From positions 1 through 64,000 of the IMG/VR virus record IMGVR_UViG_3300035162_004754: a DNA stretch of 64,000 nt. One strand, written 5' to 3'. The notes beneath the pieces are model-generated. The model searched no databases. It was not told the origin of the DNA and saw nothing but the letters and a program-made list of their open reading frames with translations. Position 1 is the stretch's first letter. Each line of letters opens with the position of its first letter. This document shows, piece by piece, positions 1-7,076 of the stretch. This DNA comes from a virus. The position numbers were made by a program, and so were the translations under genes.

Positions 1-76
1 ACATCCGCAGCACGAGCAATACTAGGAGATAGGATGCAAAGCAGCATAATACCAGTAATGGATTTTTTTGTTCCAT

Positions 77-547
77 TTACTGCGTAAAAATGGAAGTTGT
101 ATCGCTCACGCTGGTAACCTCCGTGACCCTTTGAATCACAGTTTGATTTGTTACACCCGGACCCATGTAGGTCTGAGTGAATTGGAATGCTGCTCCTGGT
201 TCTGCGATTGTAAAACTCTGTCCATTTAAATTTAGACCAGAGTTGGCACTTGTTACTTGCCCCTCTGTTCCTCCTAATGGATTCACTATCACTGAGTTTG
301 TCGTTGGATTGGGACTGAGAGATTGTCCCCCGTTGGTCACGTTTGAACCCGATACTGAATATTGCCATCCTGTTGCATAGTCTATAGAGTTAATCGTTTC
401 AGTCACTTTGGAGGTTGTCTCCGTGTGGCTTGTCATTGAGCCCTGCGTGAAGTTTGGGACGACCGGCACGGACAGGGCAGCGGCAGGAATAAGACTTACT
501 CCCACCGCAGACATCACAGTATATATGATTGTCTTTCCAGAAGTCAT
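77..547 (-). CDS. Conserved cyanophage protein with signal peptide (possibly secreted/virion)
   Basis: ORF track; hydrophobic N-terminus followed by VPVVPNF, Thr/Ser-rich body. Confidence 0.75.
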   Translation of the reverse strand: MTSGKTIIYTVMSAVGVSLIPAAALSVPVVPNFTQGSMTSHTETTSKVTETINSIDYATGWQYSVSGSNVTNGGQSLSPNPTTNSVIVNPLGGTEGQVTSANSGLNLNGQSFTIAEPGAAFQFTQTYMGPGVTNQTVIQRVTEVTSVSDTTSIFTQ

Positions 548-567
548 GATCTCTGACCTCCATTTAT

Positions 568-1074
568 TTAGTGTAGAATCGAGAGTTCACTAACAAATTG
601 TCCGGTAGCATTTGTACCAGCACCACCAGCCGTTAAAGTAATAGCACCAGTAGTTCCGAGAGTACCAGCTAGACTACCAGCAGTTCCTGCTGTTGTAGAT
701 GTAATGTTACCGAAGTTTGCTACATCACCAACAGTCACTGCTGCTGCTGGGATTGCATCAGCCTGTGTGTAAGACTGAGAGAAACTAAAAGCATTTCCCG
801 CAGTATTTTGAGTGGCAGCAATTGTTCCTGGGGCATAAACACCACTAGTGATTGCACCAGTAGAAATTGTATTAACTGTTGTTCCGTCAGTAGTATCTAC
901 ACCGTTGCCTGAGATTGCGAATGTACTTCCAAGTCTTGTGACGTTAGTAGCAGCAGCATCAACTGTCAACTGAACACTTGAAGATATTTTATGCGTAAGA
1001 GCACCTGCATTTGCTGCTGATGCGGTCATCAATAACATTATGAAGGGTAAAAACCGTTTCATATGATTTACCAA
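568..1074 (-). CDS. Conserved cyanophage Thr/Gly/Ala-rich protein with signal peptide
   Basis: ORF track; MKRFLPFIMLLMTASAANA signal-like sequence; true start may be ATG at 1062. Confidence 0.75.
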   Translation of the reverse strand: MVNHMKRFLPFIMLLMTASAANAGALTHKISSSVQLTVDAAATNVTRLGSTFAISGNGVDTTDGTTVNTISTGAITSGVYAPGTIAATQNTAGNAFSFSQSYTQADAIPAAAVTVGDVANFGNITSTTAGTAGSLAGTLGTTGAITLTAGGAGTNATGQFVSELSILH

Positions 1075-1173
1075 AGAGGTATGTATACTTATTTAGAGAG
1101 ATATATTTTTAAAAGGAGATAAATGTTCTATGTGATACTAATATAAATAAAATTAAATATTTTTTATATTGAA

Positions 1174-1386
1174 ATGAACGAGCAGCAAAATCACCTTTCG
1201 CAATTAATCGAACAAAGAGTAACACTGTCTCAACAGTTGGAAGGAATTCAGGCACAAACTACAAGAACCAGAGATTTGATGCTAAAGACTCAAGGTGCTA
1301 TTGAATATTTGGAAGCAACCGGAGTCAAGTTACCTGAACCAGAAGTCACCGAAGAAGCAGAAACGGAAGTCGTAGAAGAGGGTTGA
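1174..1386 (+). CDS. Hypothetical coiled-coil protein
   Basis: ORF track; late promoter TATAAATA at 1142-1149 upstream. Confidence 0.7.
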   Translation: MNEQQNHLSQLIEQRVTLSQQLEGIQAQTTRTRDLMLKTQGAIEYLEATGVKLPEPEVTEEAETEVVEEG

Positions 1387-1411
1387 CGCACAGACTGGAA
1401 GGTATTATAAT
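1383..1411 (+). promoter_or_regulatory. sigma70-type early promoter
   Basis: TTGACG-17 nt-TATAAT. Confidence 0.75.
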
Positions 1412-1417
1412 AAGTGA

Positions 1418-1477
1418 GTTGAGAGGCAAAACACAGGTAAGAGCATCGACAAACAGATGACGCCTCTTGACTTTTTT
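1418..1477 (+). ncRNA. Candidate small structured RNA upstream of the tRNA pair
   Basis: GTTGAGAGGC(1418-1427)/GCCTCTTGAC(1462-1471) stem, inner CATC/GATG hairpin, T6 tail; starts ~7 nt after the -10 box. Confidence 0.45.
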
Positions 1478-1479
1478 AT

Positions 1480-1553
1480 GGGCAAGTAGCTCAGATGGAT
1501 AGAGCCACGCACTTCTAATGCGTTGGTCGGGGGTTCGAGTCCCTCCTTGCCTG
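1480..1553 (+). tRNA. tRNA-Arg(TCT)
   Basis: Cloverleaf: GGGCAAG acceptor, ACGCA-CTTCTAA-TGCGT anticodon arm, TTCGAGT T-loop; no encoded CCA. Confidence 0.95.
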
Positions 1554-1558
1554 CCTGA

Positions 1559-1632
1559 TCCCCTGTAGCACAATTGGTAGTTGCGTTGGACTGTTAATCC
1601 GAATGTTCTTGGTTCGAGTCCAAGTGGGGGAG
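1559..1632 (+). tRNA. tRNA-Asn(GTT)
   Basis: TCCCCTG/TGGGGGA acceptor, TTGGA-CTGTTAA-TCCGA anticodon arm, TTCGAGT T-loop. Confidence 0.93.
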
Positions 1633-1661
1633 TTGACAAGAATCAAATCTTGTCTTATACT
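1633..1661 (+). promoter_or_regulatory. sigma70-type early promoter for tRNA-Gly
   Basis: TTGACA-17 nt-TATACT. Confidence 0.8.
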
Positions 1662-1707
1662 ATCTCTTGTGTGGAGGAAGTGCGGTGGGAGAGCAATCTC
1701 CCACTCT

Positions 1708-1778
1708 GCGGAATTAGTTTAGAGGCAAAACTAAAGGTTTCCAACCTTTCGTCACCAGTTCGATTCTGGTATTCCGCT
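1708..1778 (+). tRNA. tRNA-Gly(TCC)
   Basis: GCGGAAT/ATTCCGC acceptor, AAAGG-TTTCCAA-CCTTT anticodon arm, TTCGATT T-loop. Confidence 0.93.
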
Positions 1779-1813
1779 TTCGGGTTAACCGAATACCCGA
1801 AAAACAAAATGAG

Positions 1814-1821
1814 TATAAATA
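1814..1821 (+). promoter_or_regulatory. T4-type late promoter
   Basis: TATAAATA inside palindrome GAGTAT-AA-ATACTC. Confidence 0.7.
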
Positions 1822-1916
1822 CTCCGTTACTTACTGTAACGATTTACAACAGAACCAGTCGAGGTTCTTAACATCTGCGGGTAACCATTCCGCAAGTAAA
1901 AAAACGAGGAAAACAA

Positions 1917-2291
1917 ATGTTCAAAACGACTATCGCCGCAGCTGCCGCTGCAATTGCTCTTGCCCCTGCTGCCGCCCTAGCCGGACCCTACGTCAACGTG
2001 GAAGCTAATTCTGGTTGGACCGGATCTGATTACAATTCGACCACCACAGACCTGCACGTAGGTTATGAAGGTGAACTTAGTGAGTCCGCTTCATATTACG
2101 TCCAAGGAGGAGCTAGTGTAGTCTCCCCTGATGGTGGTGAAAGTGACACTGTTCCTTCTGGTAAGGCAGGTCTCGGTCTTGCACTGACTGATGCATTTGG
2201 TGCATACGGAGAAGTTAGTTTCGTCGGTTCTGGCGATGCTGACATCGACCGTGGATATGGAGCTAAATTGGGAGTTAAGTACAACTTCTGA
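1917..2291 (+). CDS. Small outer-membrane beta-barrel-like protein
   Basis: Ala-rich signal peptide, amphipathic beta strands, C-terminal KYNF (BAM-type signal); GAGG RBS. Confidence 0.75.
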   Translation: MFKTTIAAAAAAIALAPAAALAGPYVNVEANSGWTGSDYNSTTTDLHVGYEGELSESASYYVQGGASVVSPDGGESDTVPSGKAGLGLALTDAFGAYGEVSFVGSGDADIDRGYGAKLGVKYNF

Positions 2292-2326
2292 TCTTTATAG
2301 ACACATATACATCTAGATGTTATACT

Positions 2327-2354
2327 GGGGGTGCGACGGCATCCCCTTTTTTTA
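2327..2354 (+). terminator. Intrinsic terminator
   Basis: GGGGGTGC-GACG-GCATCCCC followed by T run. Confidence 0.8.
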
Positions 2355-2357
2355 TAT

Positions 2358-2576
2358 ATGGATTATACCCCACCTGCACTTTGTATTAGAAGTATTGAAC
2401 CTGCTAAAACACCAGGAAGAGTACTTTTAGATATGCCATCTCTATGGAGAGATAGTGATGCAATAAACCCTGTAGAGGTTGATAAAAAAATAGTTGAATC
2501 TATTATGAGTGAACCTTATAGTGTACCTATGTGTCCGCCAGGATGGCCCAATCCTCCTCTTATTGAGACGGAATGA
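2358..2576 (+). CDS. Hypothetical protein
   Basis: ORF track, start moved to ATG 2358; ATGA overlap with next gene. Confidence 0.55.
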   Translation: MDYTPPALCIRSIEPAKTPGRVLLDMPSLWRDSDAINPVEVDKKIVESIMSEPYSVPMCPPGWPNPPLIETE

Positions 2577-2782
2577 AAAAATACTTTATAAACTTTATAA
2601 CGAATCCAGGAGTAATGACCTCTCTCTTGATGTTTGGAATGATAGCATTCATAGGAGCACTGCACAACCATGCTCACTACATAATGGATACAGATGCAGA
2701 TGCTTATGTGAGACAGTGGTGTAGATCATCGGCAGAAAACAAAAAGACTTGTATCAGATATGGTGGAGATATGGATTACTAA
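2573..2782 (+). CDS. Hypothetical membrane protein
   Basis: ORF track; one TM segment, two Cys. Confidence 0.65.
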   Translation: MKKYFINFITNPGVMTSLLMFGMIAFIGALHNHAHYIMDTDADAYVRQWCRSSAENKKTCIRYGGDMDY

Positions 2783-2958
2783 TGAAAAAGAAAATCAAAA
2801 AGTCGGAACAAAAAATTGCAGACTGTGATAACATCTATGATATGATTGAGATACTACAGAGTCGTATTGAGGAAATAGAAACTGAACATATGCAATTGAT
2901 TCGTAAGATGGGAGAACTAAATAGTCGCGTAGACGATTTTTCTACGAATGAAAATTAA
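2782..2958 (+). CDS. Hypothetical coiled-coil protein
   Basis: ORF track, start moved to ATG 2782 (TAATG coupling). Confidence 0.6.
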   Translation: MKKKIKKSEQKIADCDNIYDMIEILQSRIEEIETEHMQLIRKMGELNSRVDDFSTNEN

Positions 2959-3121
2959 TCTTTGGTATTCTAAGAGTATGAGTCAATGGAGATGGACTCT
3001 CTGTGAAGAATTTAAGAATGGTGTTACGAAAGTAGAACAACATGCCGGACAACGTGAGAAATTGCGAGATGCAATGAATGATGTTGCCAATACGGTAGAG
3101 TATATGTTAGATGATAAATAA
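2948..3121 (+). CDS. Small hypothetical protein (MKINLWYSKSMSQWRWTL...)
   Basis: Hand-translated 57-aa ORF absent from the ORF track; fits operon spacing. Confidence 0.65.
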   Translation: MKINLWYSKSMSQWRWTLCEEFKNGVTKVEQHAGQREKLRDAMNDVANTVEYMLDDK

Positions 3122-3153
3122 CTGAAAACTGAAGACGTATAAAGAATTATACA

Positions 3154-3411
3154 ATGGAAAATATAAAGATTAGGTGTCGTTCCTGTGGAAAGGAATTGGA
3201 AGGACATCCAAGTAAGACAGTTTGTTGTGGTTGTCCGAATATGACAACCATTCGTGGTGATAAGATTTCAGCAGTTGACTTATCAAATGTTGTTATGGTA
3301 AACTCTTATCAGACTAAAAATAAAAAAGAAGTTCTTTCATCAGAAGATATCTTATGGCAGGAACAAAGAAAGCAACGCAAAGTTCGTAAAATGAATTTTG
3401 AGGTTAGATAA
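3154..3411 (+). CDS. Zn-ribbon hypothetical protein
   Basis: CRSC...CGC motifs. Confidence 0.75.
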   Translation: MENIKIRCRSCGKELEGHPSKTVCCGCPNMTTIRGDKISAVDLSNVVMVNSYQTKNKKEVLSSEDILWQEQRKQRKVRKMNFEVR

Positions 3412-3488
3412 TATTAGGAAATCAAGATAAGTTGACGAATACTAATTGGTAACTATTATAGCTAATATGTATTTCAATTTAAAAAACC

Positions 3489-3653
3489 ATGGACGAGCAC
3501 ACCTATAATAATTGGGTGAAAGTCAAAGAGACTTTTGAGTCATCTGGAAATATTGAAAACTTTTTCTATCAGAGAGCATGTGCAATTGTTGGTGGAGCAC
3601 CAGATCCTATTGATAAAATGATAAAACAAGATAATGCCGCATCGGATGGATGA
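3489..3653 (+). CDS. Small hypothetical protein (MDEHTYNNWVKVKETFE...)
   Basis: Hand-translated 54-aa ORF absent from the ORF track. Confidence 0.65.
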   Translation: MDEHTYNNWVKVKETFESSGNIENFFYQRACAIVGGAPDPIDKMIKQDNAASDG

Positions 3654-3849
3654 AATAAAACCAGAACATTATGTCACTCAGAAAGAGTGCCAGGAGATGA
3701 TTGACGATGCTATTCGGAGACACAATAGAAACGCAGGTATTATCAGCATGTGTGTTGGGTGGGTTGTCTTATGCTTATTTGCTGAGGGCCTTCTCAGATT
3801 GATTGGTGTTATTCCACCACTATTACCATGGTTACAAATTAAATTATAG
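3634..3849 (+). CDS. Hypothetical membrane protein
   Basis: ORF track; IDDAIRRHNRNA followed by a TM helix. Confidence 0.7.
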   Translation: MPHRMDEIKPEHYVTQKECQEMIDDAIRRHNRNAGIISMCVGWVVLCLFAEGLLRLIGVIPPLLPWLQIKL

Positions 3850-3858
3850 GAGAATTTT

Positions 3859-4329
3859 ATGAAAGTTGGAATGATTGGTCTGGGTCGTACTGGTGAAGGT
3901 ATGTCCCGTCGTATGATTGAAAAGGGAATTGAAGTTTGGGGTTATAGTAGTAGTAACTATGAGAATGCCTGTGGACAGTATGAAGCAGGATACATTAGTG
4001 GATGTGTAACCTCAATAGAGTATCTTGTTCAGGCAGTCAAATCTGATAGTCTTAGATACACTAGTGCCGGAAAAGTTCCTGGTATCTTTCAGATTACACT
4101 TCCAGAAGTAAAGGTAGAGGACACACTTGATGAGTTACTACCATTACTTGAGGAGGGTGATATCATTATTGATCATAGTAACACTGACATAACAAAATGT
4201 CAGGAACTGGAGAAGTATTGCTCTAAGTTGGGTATATCTTATATCTTCTCTGGTGTGTATGGAGCACCTTATGCTATTGATGTTTGCGCTAAAATTTTCC
4301 AATCTCTATCACCGGGCAATATTATATGA
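3859..4329 (+). CDS. 6-phosphogluconate dehydrogenase-like NAD(P)-binding domain only (truncated gnd-like)
   Basis: MKVGMIGLGRTG Rossmann motif, EGDIIIDHSN; only 156 aa, no C-terminal catalytic domain; AGGAG RBS. Confidence 0.7.
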   Translation: MKVGMIGLGRTGEGMSRRMIEKGIEVWGYSSSNYENACGQYEAGYISGCVTSIEYLVQAVKSDSLRYTSAGKVPGIFQITLPEVKVEDTLDELLPLLEEGDIIIDHSNTDITKCQELEKYCSKLGISYIFSGVYGAPYAIDVCAKIFQSLSPGNII

Positions 4330-4457
4330 CTTTATCTGATGTCTTACTTTTCGGATCACTACCCTTTCTATGTGCCACCATCTATTTCGGGCACAGAAAA
4401 GGTGAAAATGTCTACTATGAAAGTGACAAATATGACGGAAATGGAACAGCGCATTAA
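4326..4457 (+). CDS. ndhP: NDH-1 subunit NdhP homolog (43 aa)
   Basis: Hand translation MTLSDVLLFGSLPFLCATIYFGHRKGENVYYESDKYDGNGTAH: TM helix plus FG...YY.SD.Y.GNG.AH tail as in cyanobacterial NdhP; ATGA-coupled to upstream gene. Confidence 0.8.
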   Translation: MTLSDVLLFGSLPFLCATIYFGHRKGENVYYESDKYDGNGTAH

Positions 4458-4644
4458 GATGAGGTATGCTTTTGCCATGTCTTCATTTGGTAGAATGTTT
4501 ACACCGAATAATATTGTATGTGAGATGAGAGCATTTTGTATTGACTGGTCTGAAAACATTGATGAAATTCCACCTGCTAAAGACTTATATCAAGTTGATC
4601 GTTACTTTTTAGAACTATGGAAAACATGGTCATTGCCTTCATAG
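4432..4644 (+). CDS. Hypothetical protein
   Basis: ORF track 4339..4644 with start moved to 4432 (or 4441) to limit overlap with ndhP. Confidence 0.6.
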   Translation: MTEMEQRIKMRYAFAMSSFGRMFTPNNIVCEMRAFCIDWSENIDEIPPAKDLYQVDRYFLELWKTWSLPS

Positions 4645-4699
4645 TATTTTATTCTTTATTCGGTTTATTTCTTTTTATCCTTTCAATTTTACAAGAGTA

Positions 4700-4861
4700 A
4701 TGTTGCATTTTGCTAGGTTCTGCGGAACAATATTAAACAATCCATGGGGTTGTGGATTTTTGGCATGGTGTCTTGTGTTTGTTCCTGTTATAGGAATGTG
4801 GGCAGTCCACAAATATAACTGGCAGCACTGGGCACCATTTGACAGAGGGCACTATAGGTAG
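4700..4861 (+). CDS. Small membrane protein (MLHFARFCGTILNNPWG...WQHWAPF)
   Basis: Hand-translated 53-aa ORF with a TM helix and Trp-rich tail. Confidence 0.55.
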   Translation: MLHFARFCGTILNNPWGCGFLAWCLVFVPVIGMWAVHKYNWQHWAPFDRGHYR

Positions 4862-4867
4862 TATAAT
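4839..4867 (+). promoter_or_regulatory. sigma70-type early promoter
   Basis: Perfect TTGACA-17 nt-TATAAT. Confidence 0.85.
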
Positions 4868-4873
4868 ATATGA

Positions 4874-4945
4874 GTTGAGAAATCAACTGCGGTGCTCCCC
4901 TTCAGTAGGTTCAGGAGTAGCGGCGATAGGAACCTACTTTATTTG
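4874..4945 (+). ncRNA. Candidate standalone small RNA with pseudoknot potential
   Basis: GTTGA-GAAA-TCAAC hairpin; AGTAGGTTC/GAACCTACT stem plus T-rich tail; TGCTCC/GGAGTA cross-pairing; GC-rich, no ORF. Confidence 0.55.
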
Positions 4946-4993
4946 ACTACATAATTACAACACCTTATAATACACAGGTAATCAAAACGGACA

Positions 4994-5215
4994 ATGGCAC
5001 TGACTGAAAAATTCAAGACCAAAGATTTGGATATTCTTCGTAATGCTGCAAAGGGTGAAATCTTTTTAGATGTGAAAAATCCAAAATTGTTTAAAAAAGT
5101 TCGTAAATATTATGAATCTAATGGGGTCGTATTTTCTGGAGATCCTCTTGATGATTATGAAATCATGATGGACTATCTTTATTCTGATTTACAAATTTCT
5201 GTTGAGATTGTCTGA
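4994..5215 (+). CDS. Conserved hypothetical protein
   Basis: ORF track; own TTGACT-17-TATAAT promoter at ~4944-4972. Confidence 0.75.
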   Translation: MALTEKFKTKDLDILRNAAKGEIFLDVKNPKLFKKVRKYYESNGVVFSGDPLDDYEIMMDYLYSDLQISVEIV

Positions 5216-5475
5216 TGAATGTTGTACAAAAACCAACCGTTCTTCTTGAACGGTCTCCATATCGTTATATCCAAGTTGGCACTTTGGAAATCAATGGTAA
5301 ACCAGATTGTCGTATTCAAAAAGCAGATTCATATACCGGTCGTTATCGTGATATGTATCTCTGTGATAATGAATTGCAACTGATGACTGCTATGGAGGAT
5401 TATGAATATACCAAATGGTTAGATCCGGATGGTATTCCTTGTTATGTTAGAGACTCGGTATCGTCTGAAAACTAG
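5215..5475 (+). CDS. Conserved cyanophage hypothetical protein
   Basis: ORF track; TGATG coupling. Confidence 0.75.
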   Translation: MNVVQKPTVLLERSPYRYIQVGTLEINGKPDCRIQKADSYTGRYRDMYLCDNELQLMTAMEDYEYTKWLDPDGIPCYVRDSVSSEN

Positions 5476-5600
5476 ACCTGGTGGAGTCATATGACCCTCT
5501 TATGAGTTTACGGCATCTCTCAAATGCCGTTGGTGCGGGTGGGTTACTACCGTCCAGTTTCTTGCTCCTGGTCAAAGAGTAAGTGGCGTGCATGGCAAGA
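5476..5600 (+). ncRNA. wcaG/manA-type cyanophage structured RNA
   Basis: Three TGGYG motifs, hairpins ACGGCAT/ATGCCGT and CTTGCT/AGTAAG with pseudoknot-capable loops, directly upstream of nucleotide-sugar genes; exact family not confirmed. Confidence 0.65.
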
Positions 5601-5607
5601 CCGTATG

Positions 5608-5635
5608 AGGAGAGTTGCATAAACTCTCCTTTTTT
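5608..5635 (+). terminator. Intrinsic terminator
   Basis: AGGAGAGTT-GCATA-AACTCTCCT followed by T run. Confidence 0.8.
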
Positions 5636-5664
5636 AGTATAATATAAACAAAGTAATTTTTCTC

Positions 5665-6150
5665 ATGAAAATAGGATTTCAATGTAGTTCTTTCGATTTA
5701 TTTCATGCTGGTCATGTTACCATGCTTAAGATGGAAAAGGAATTATGTGATTACTTAAAAGTAGCACTTCAAGTTGATCCTACCATAGATAGACCTGGAG
5801 TTAAAAATAAACCAGTACAATCCATATACGAAAGATATGTTCAATTGCAAGGGTGTAAATATGTGGATGAAATTTTAGTATACGAAACAGAATTAGATTT
5901 GCTTAATTTAATTCAAACTCAAACATTCGATATTAGATTTTTAAGTGAAGAATATAAAGATGTAGATGTTACTGGAAAGCAGTACTGTATTGATAATGGA
6001 ATTCATATACATTATCATTTGAGAAGACATACATATTCTTCAACTGAAATTAGAAATAGAGTATATGAATTTGAAAAAGTAAAAATGTCCGAACAAACTG
6101 ATGAGGTTGTAGAACAATATTCCCCAGAACTTTTGGAGAAGTATAAGTAA
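5665..6150 (+). CDS. Cytidylyltransferase (TagD-like)
   Basis: FDLFHAGH motif and SSTEIR motif. Confidence 0.85.
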   Translation: MKIGFQCSSFDLFHAGHVTMLKMEKELCDYLKVALQVDPTIDRPGVKNKPVQSIYERYVQLQGCKYVDEILVYETELDLLNLIQTQTFDIRFLSEEYKDVDVTGKQYCIDNGIHIHYHLRRHTYSSTEIRNRVYEFEKVKMSEQTDEVVEQYSPELLEKYK

Positions 6151-7076
6151 TGTCAATTTTAGTTACGGGTGGAGCAGGTTTTATTGGGAGCAATTTTCTT
6201 AATACTTTAATTAATTCTTGTGATGATGAAATTATTTGTTTGGATAGTTTAACTTATGCTTCTAATTTAAATAATGTTCCAAAGGAAGTAACTTTACTTC
6301 CATATGATATATCAAACAAAGATAAAGTATTTGAAATTTTCACTATACATAAACCAAAATATGTTTTTCATTTTGCCGCAGAAAGTCATGTAGACAATTC
6401 TATTAAAGATTGTACTCCTTTCATTCAGACAAATATTATTGGAACTGTAAATCTTCTTATGGCTTCTCTAAAATATGAAGTTGAAAAGTTTATGCACATT
6501 TCTACTGATGAAGTATATGGTTCTATTAAAAATGGATCTTTTACAGAAGAAACTAATTATGACCCTAGAAATCCATATTCTGCATCAAAAGCATCTAGTG
6601 ATCATTTTGTAAAGGCATTCAACAATACATATAATCTACCTACGATTATTACGAACTGTTCCAATAATTATGGTCCAAGACAACATAGAGAAAAACTTAT
6701 ACCTCAAACAATATGTAACCTTTTAAGAGGTAAGAATGTTCCTGTATATGGTGACGGAAAACAAATTAGAGATTGGTTATATGTTCAGGATCATTGTGAA
6801 GCATTAATAGAAGTGTGGAAGGGGGGTAAAATTGGAGAGAAATATAATATCGGAGGAGAATGTGAACTTCATAATATTGATTTAATTAGAAAAATTATCT
6901 CTATGATGGGAAAAGAAGAAAGTATGATAGAATATGTAAAAGATAGGCCAGGACATGATAGAAGATACTCAACTAATATTAATAAAATTTCTGCTGATTT
7001 AAATTGGAGACCAAAATTTAATATTGATGAAGGACTTAAAGAAACAATTGAATGGTATGAACTCTACAGCAACTGA
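6150..7076 (+). CDS. rmlB: dTDP-glucose 4,6-dehydratase
   Basis: GGAGFIG, HFAAESHVD, STDEVYG, YSASK, DRPGHDRRY. Confidence 0.95.
   Translation: MSILVTGGAGFIGSNFLNTLINSCDDEIICLDSLTYASNLNNVPKEVTLLPYDISNKDKVFEIFTIHKPKYVFHFAAESHVDNSIKDCTPFIQTNIIGTVNLLMASLKYEVEKFMHISTDEVYGSIKNGSFTEETNYDPRNPYSASKASSDHFVKAFNNTYNLPTIITNCSNNYGPRQHREKLIPQTICNLLRGKNVPVYGDGKQIRDWLYVQDHCEALIEVWKGGKIGEKYNIGGECELHNIDLIRKIISMMGKEESMIEYVKDRPGHDRRYSTNINKISADLNWRPKFNIDEGLKETIEWYELYSN

Noticed and set aside
1346-1871. ORF-track ORFs 1346..1639 (-) and 1581..1871 (+)
   Set aside because: They overlap clear tRNA genes and promoters; shadow ORFs.
4339-4431. N-terminal part of the 101-aa ORF 4339..4644
   Set aside because: Overlaps the better-supported ndhP frame; the real start is probably 4432 or 4441.
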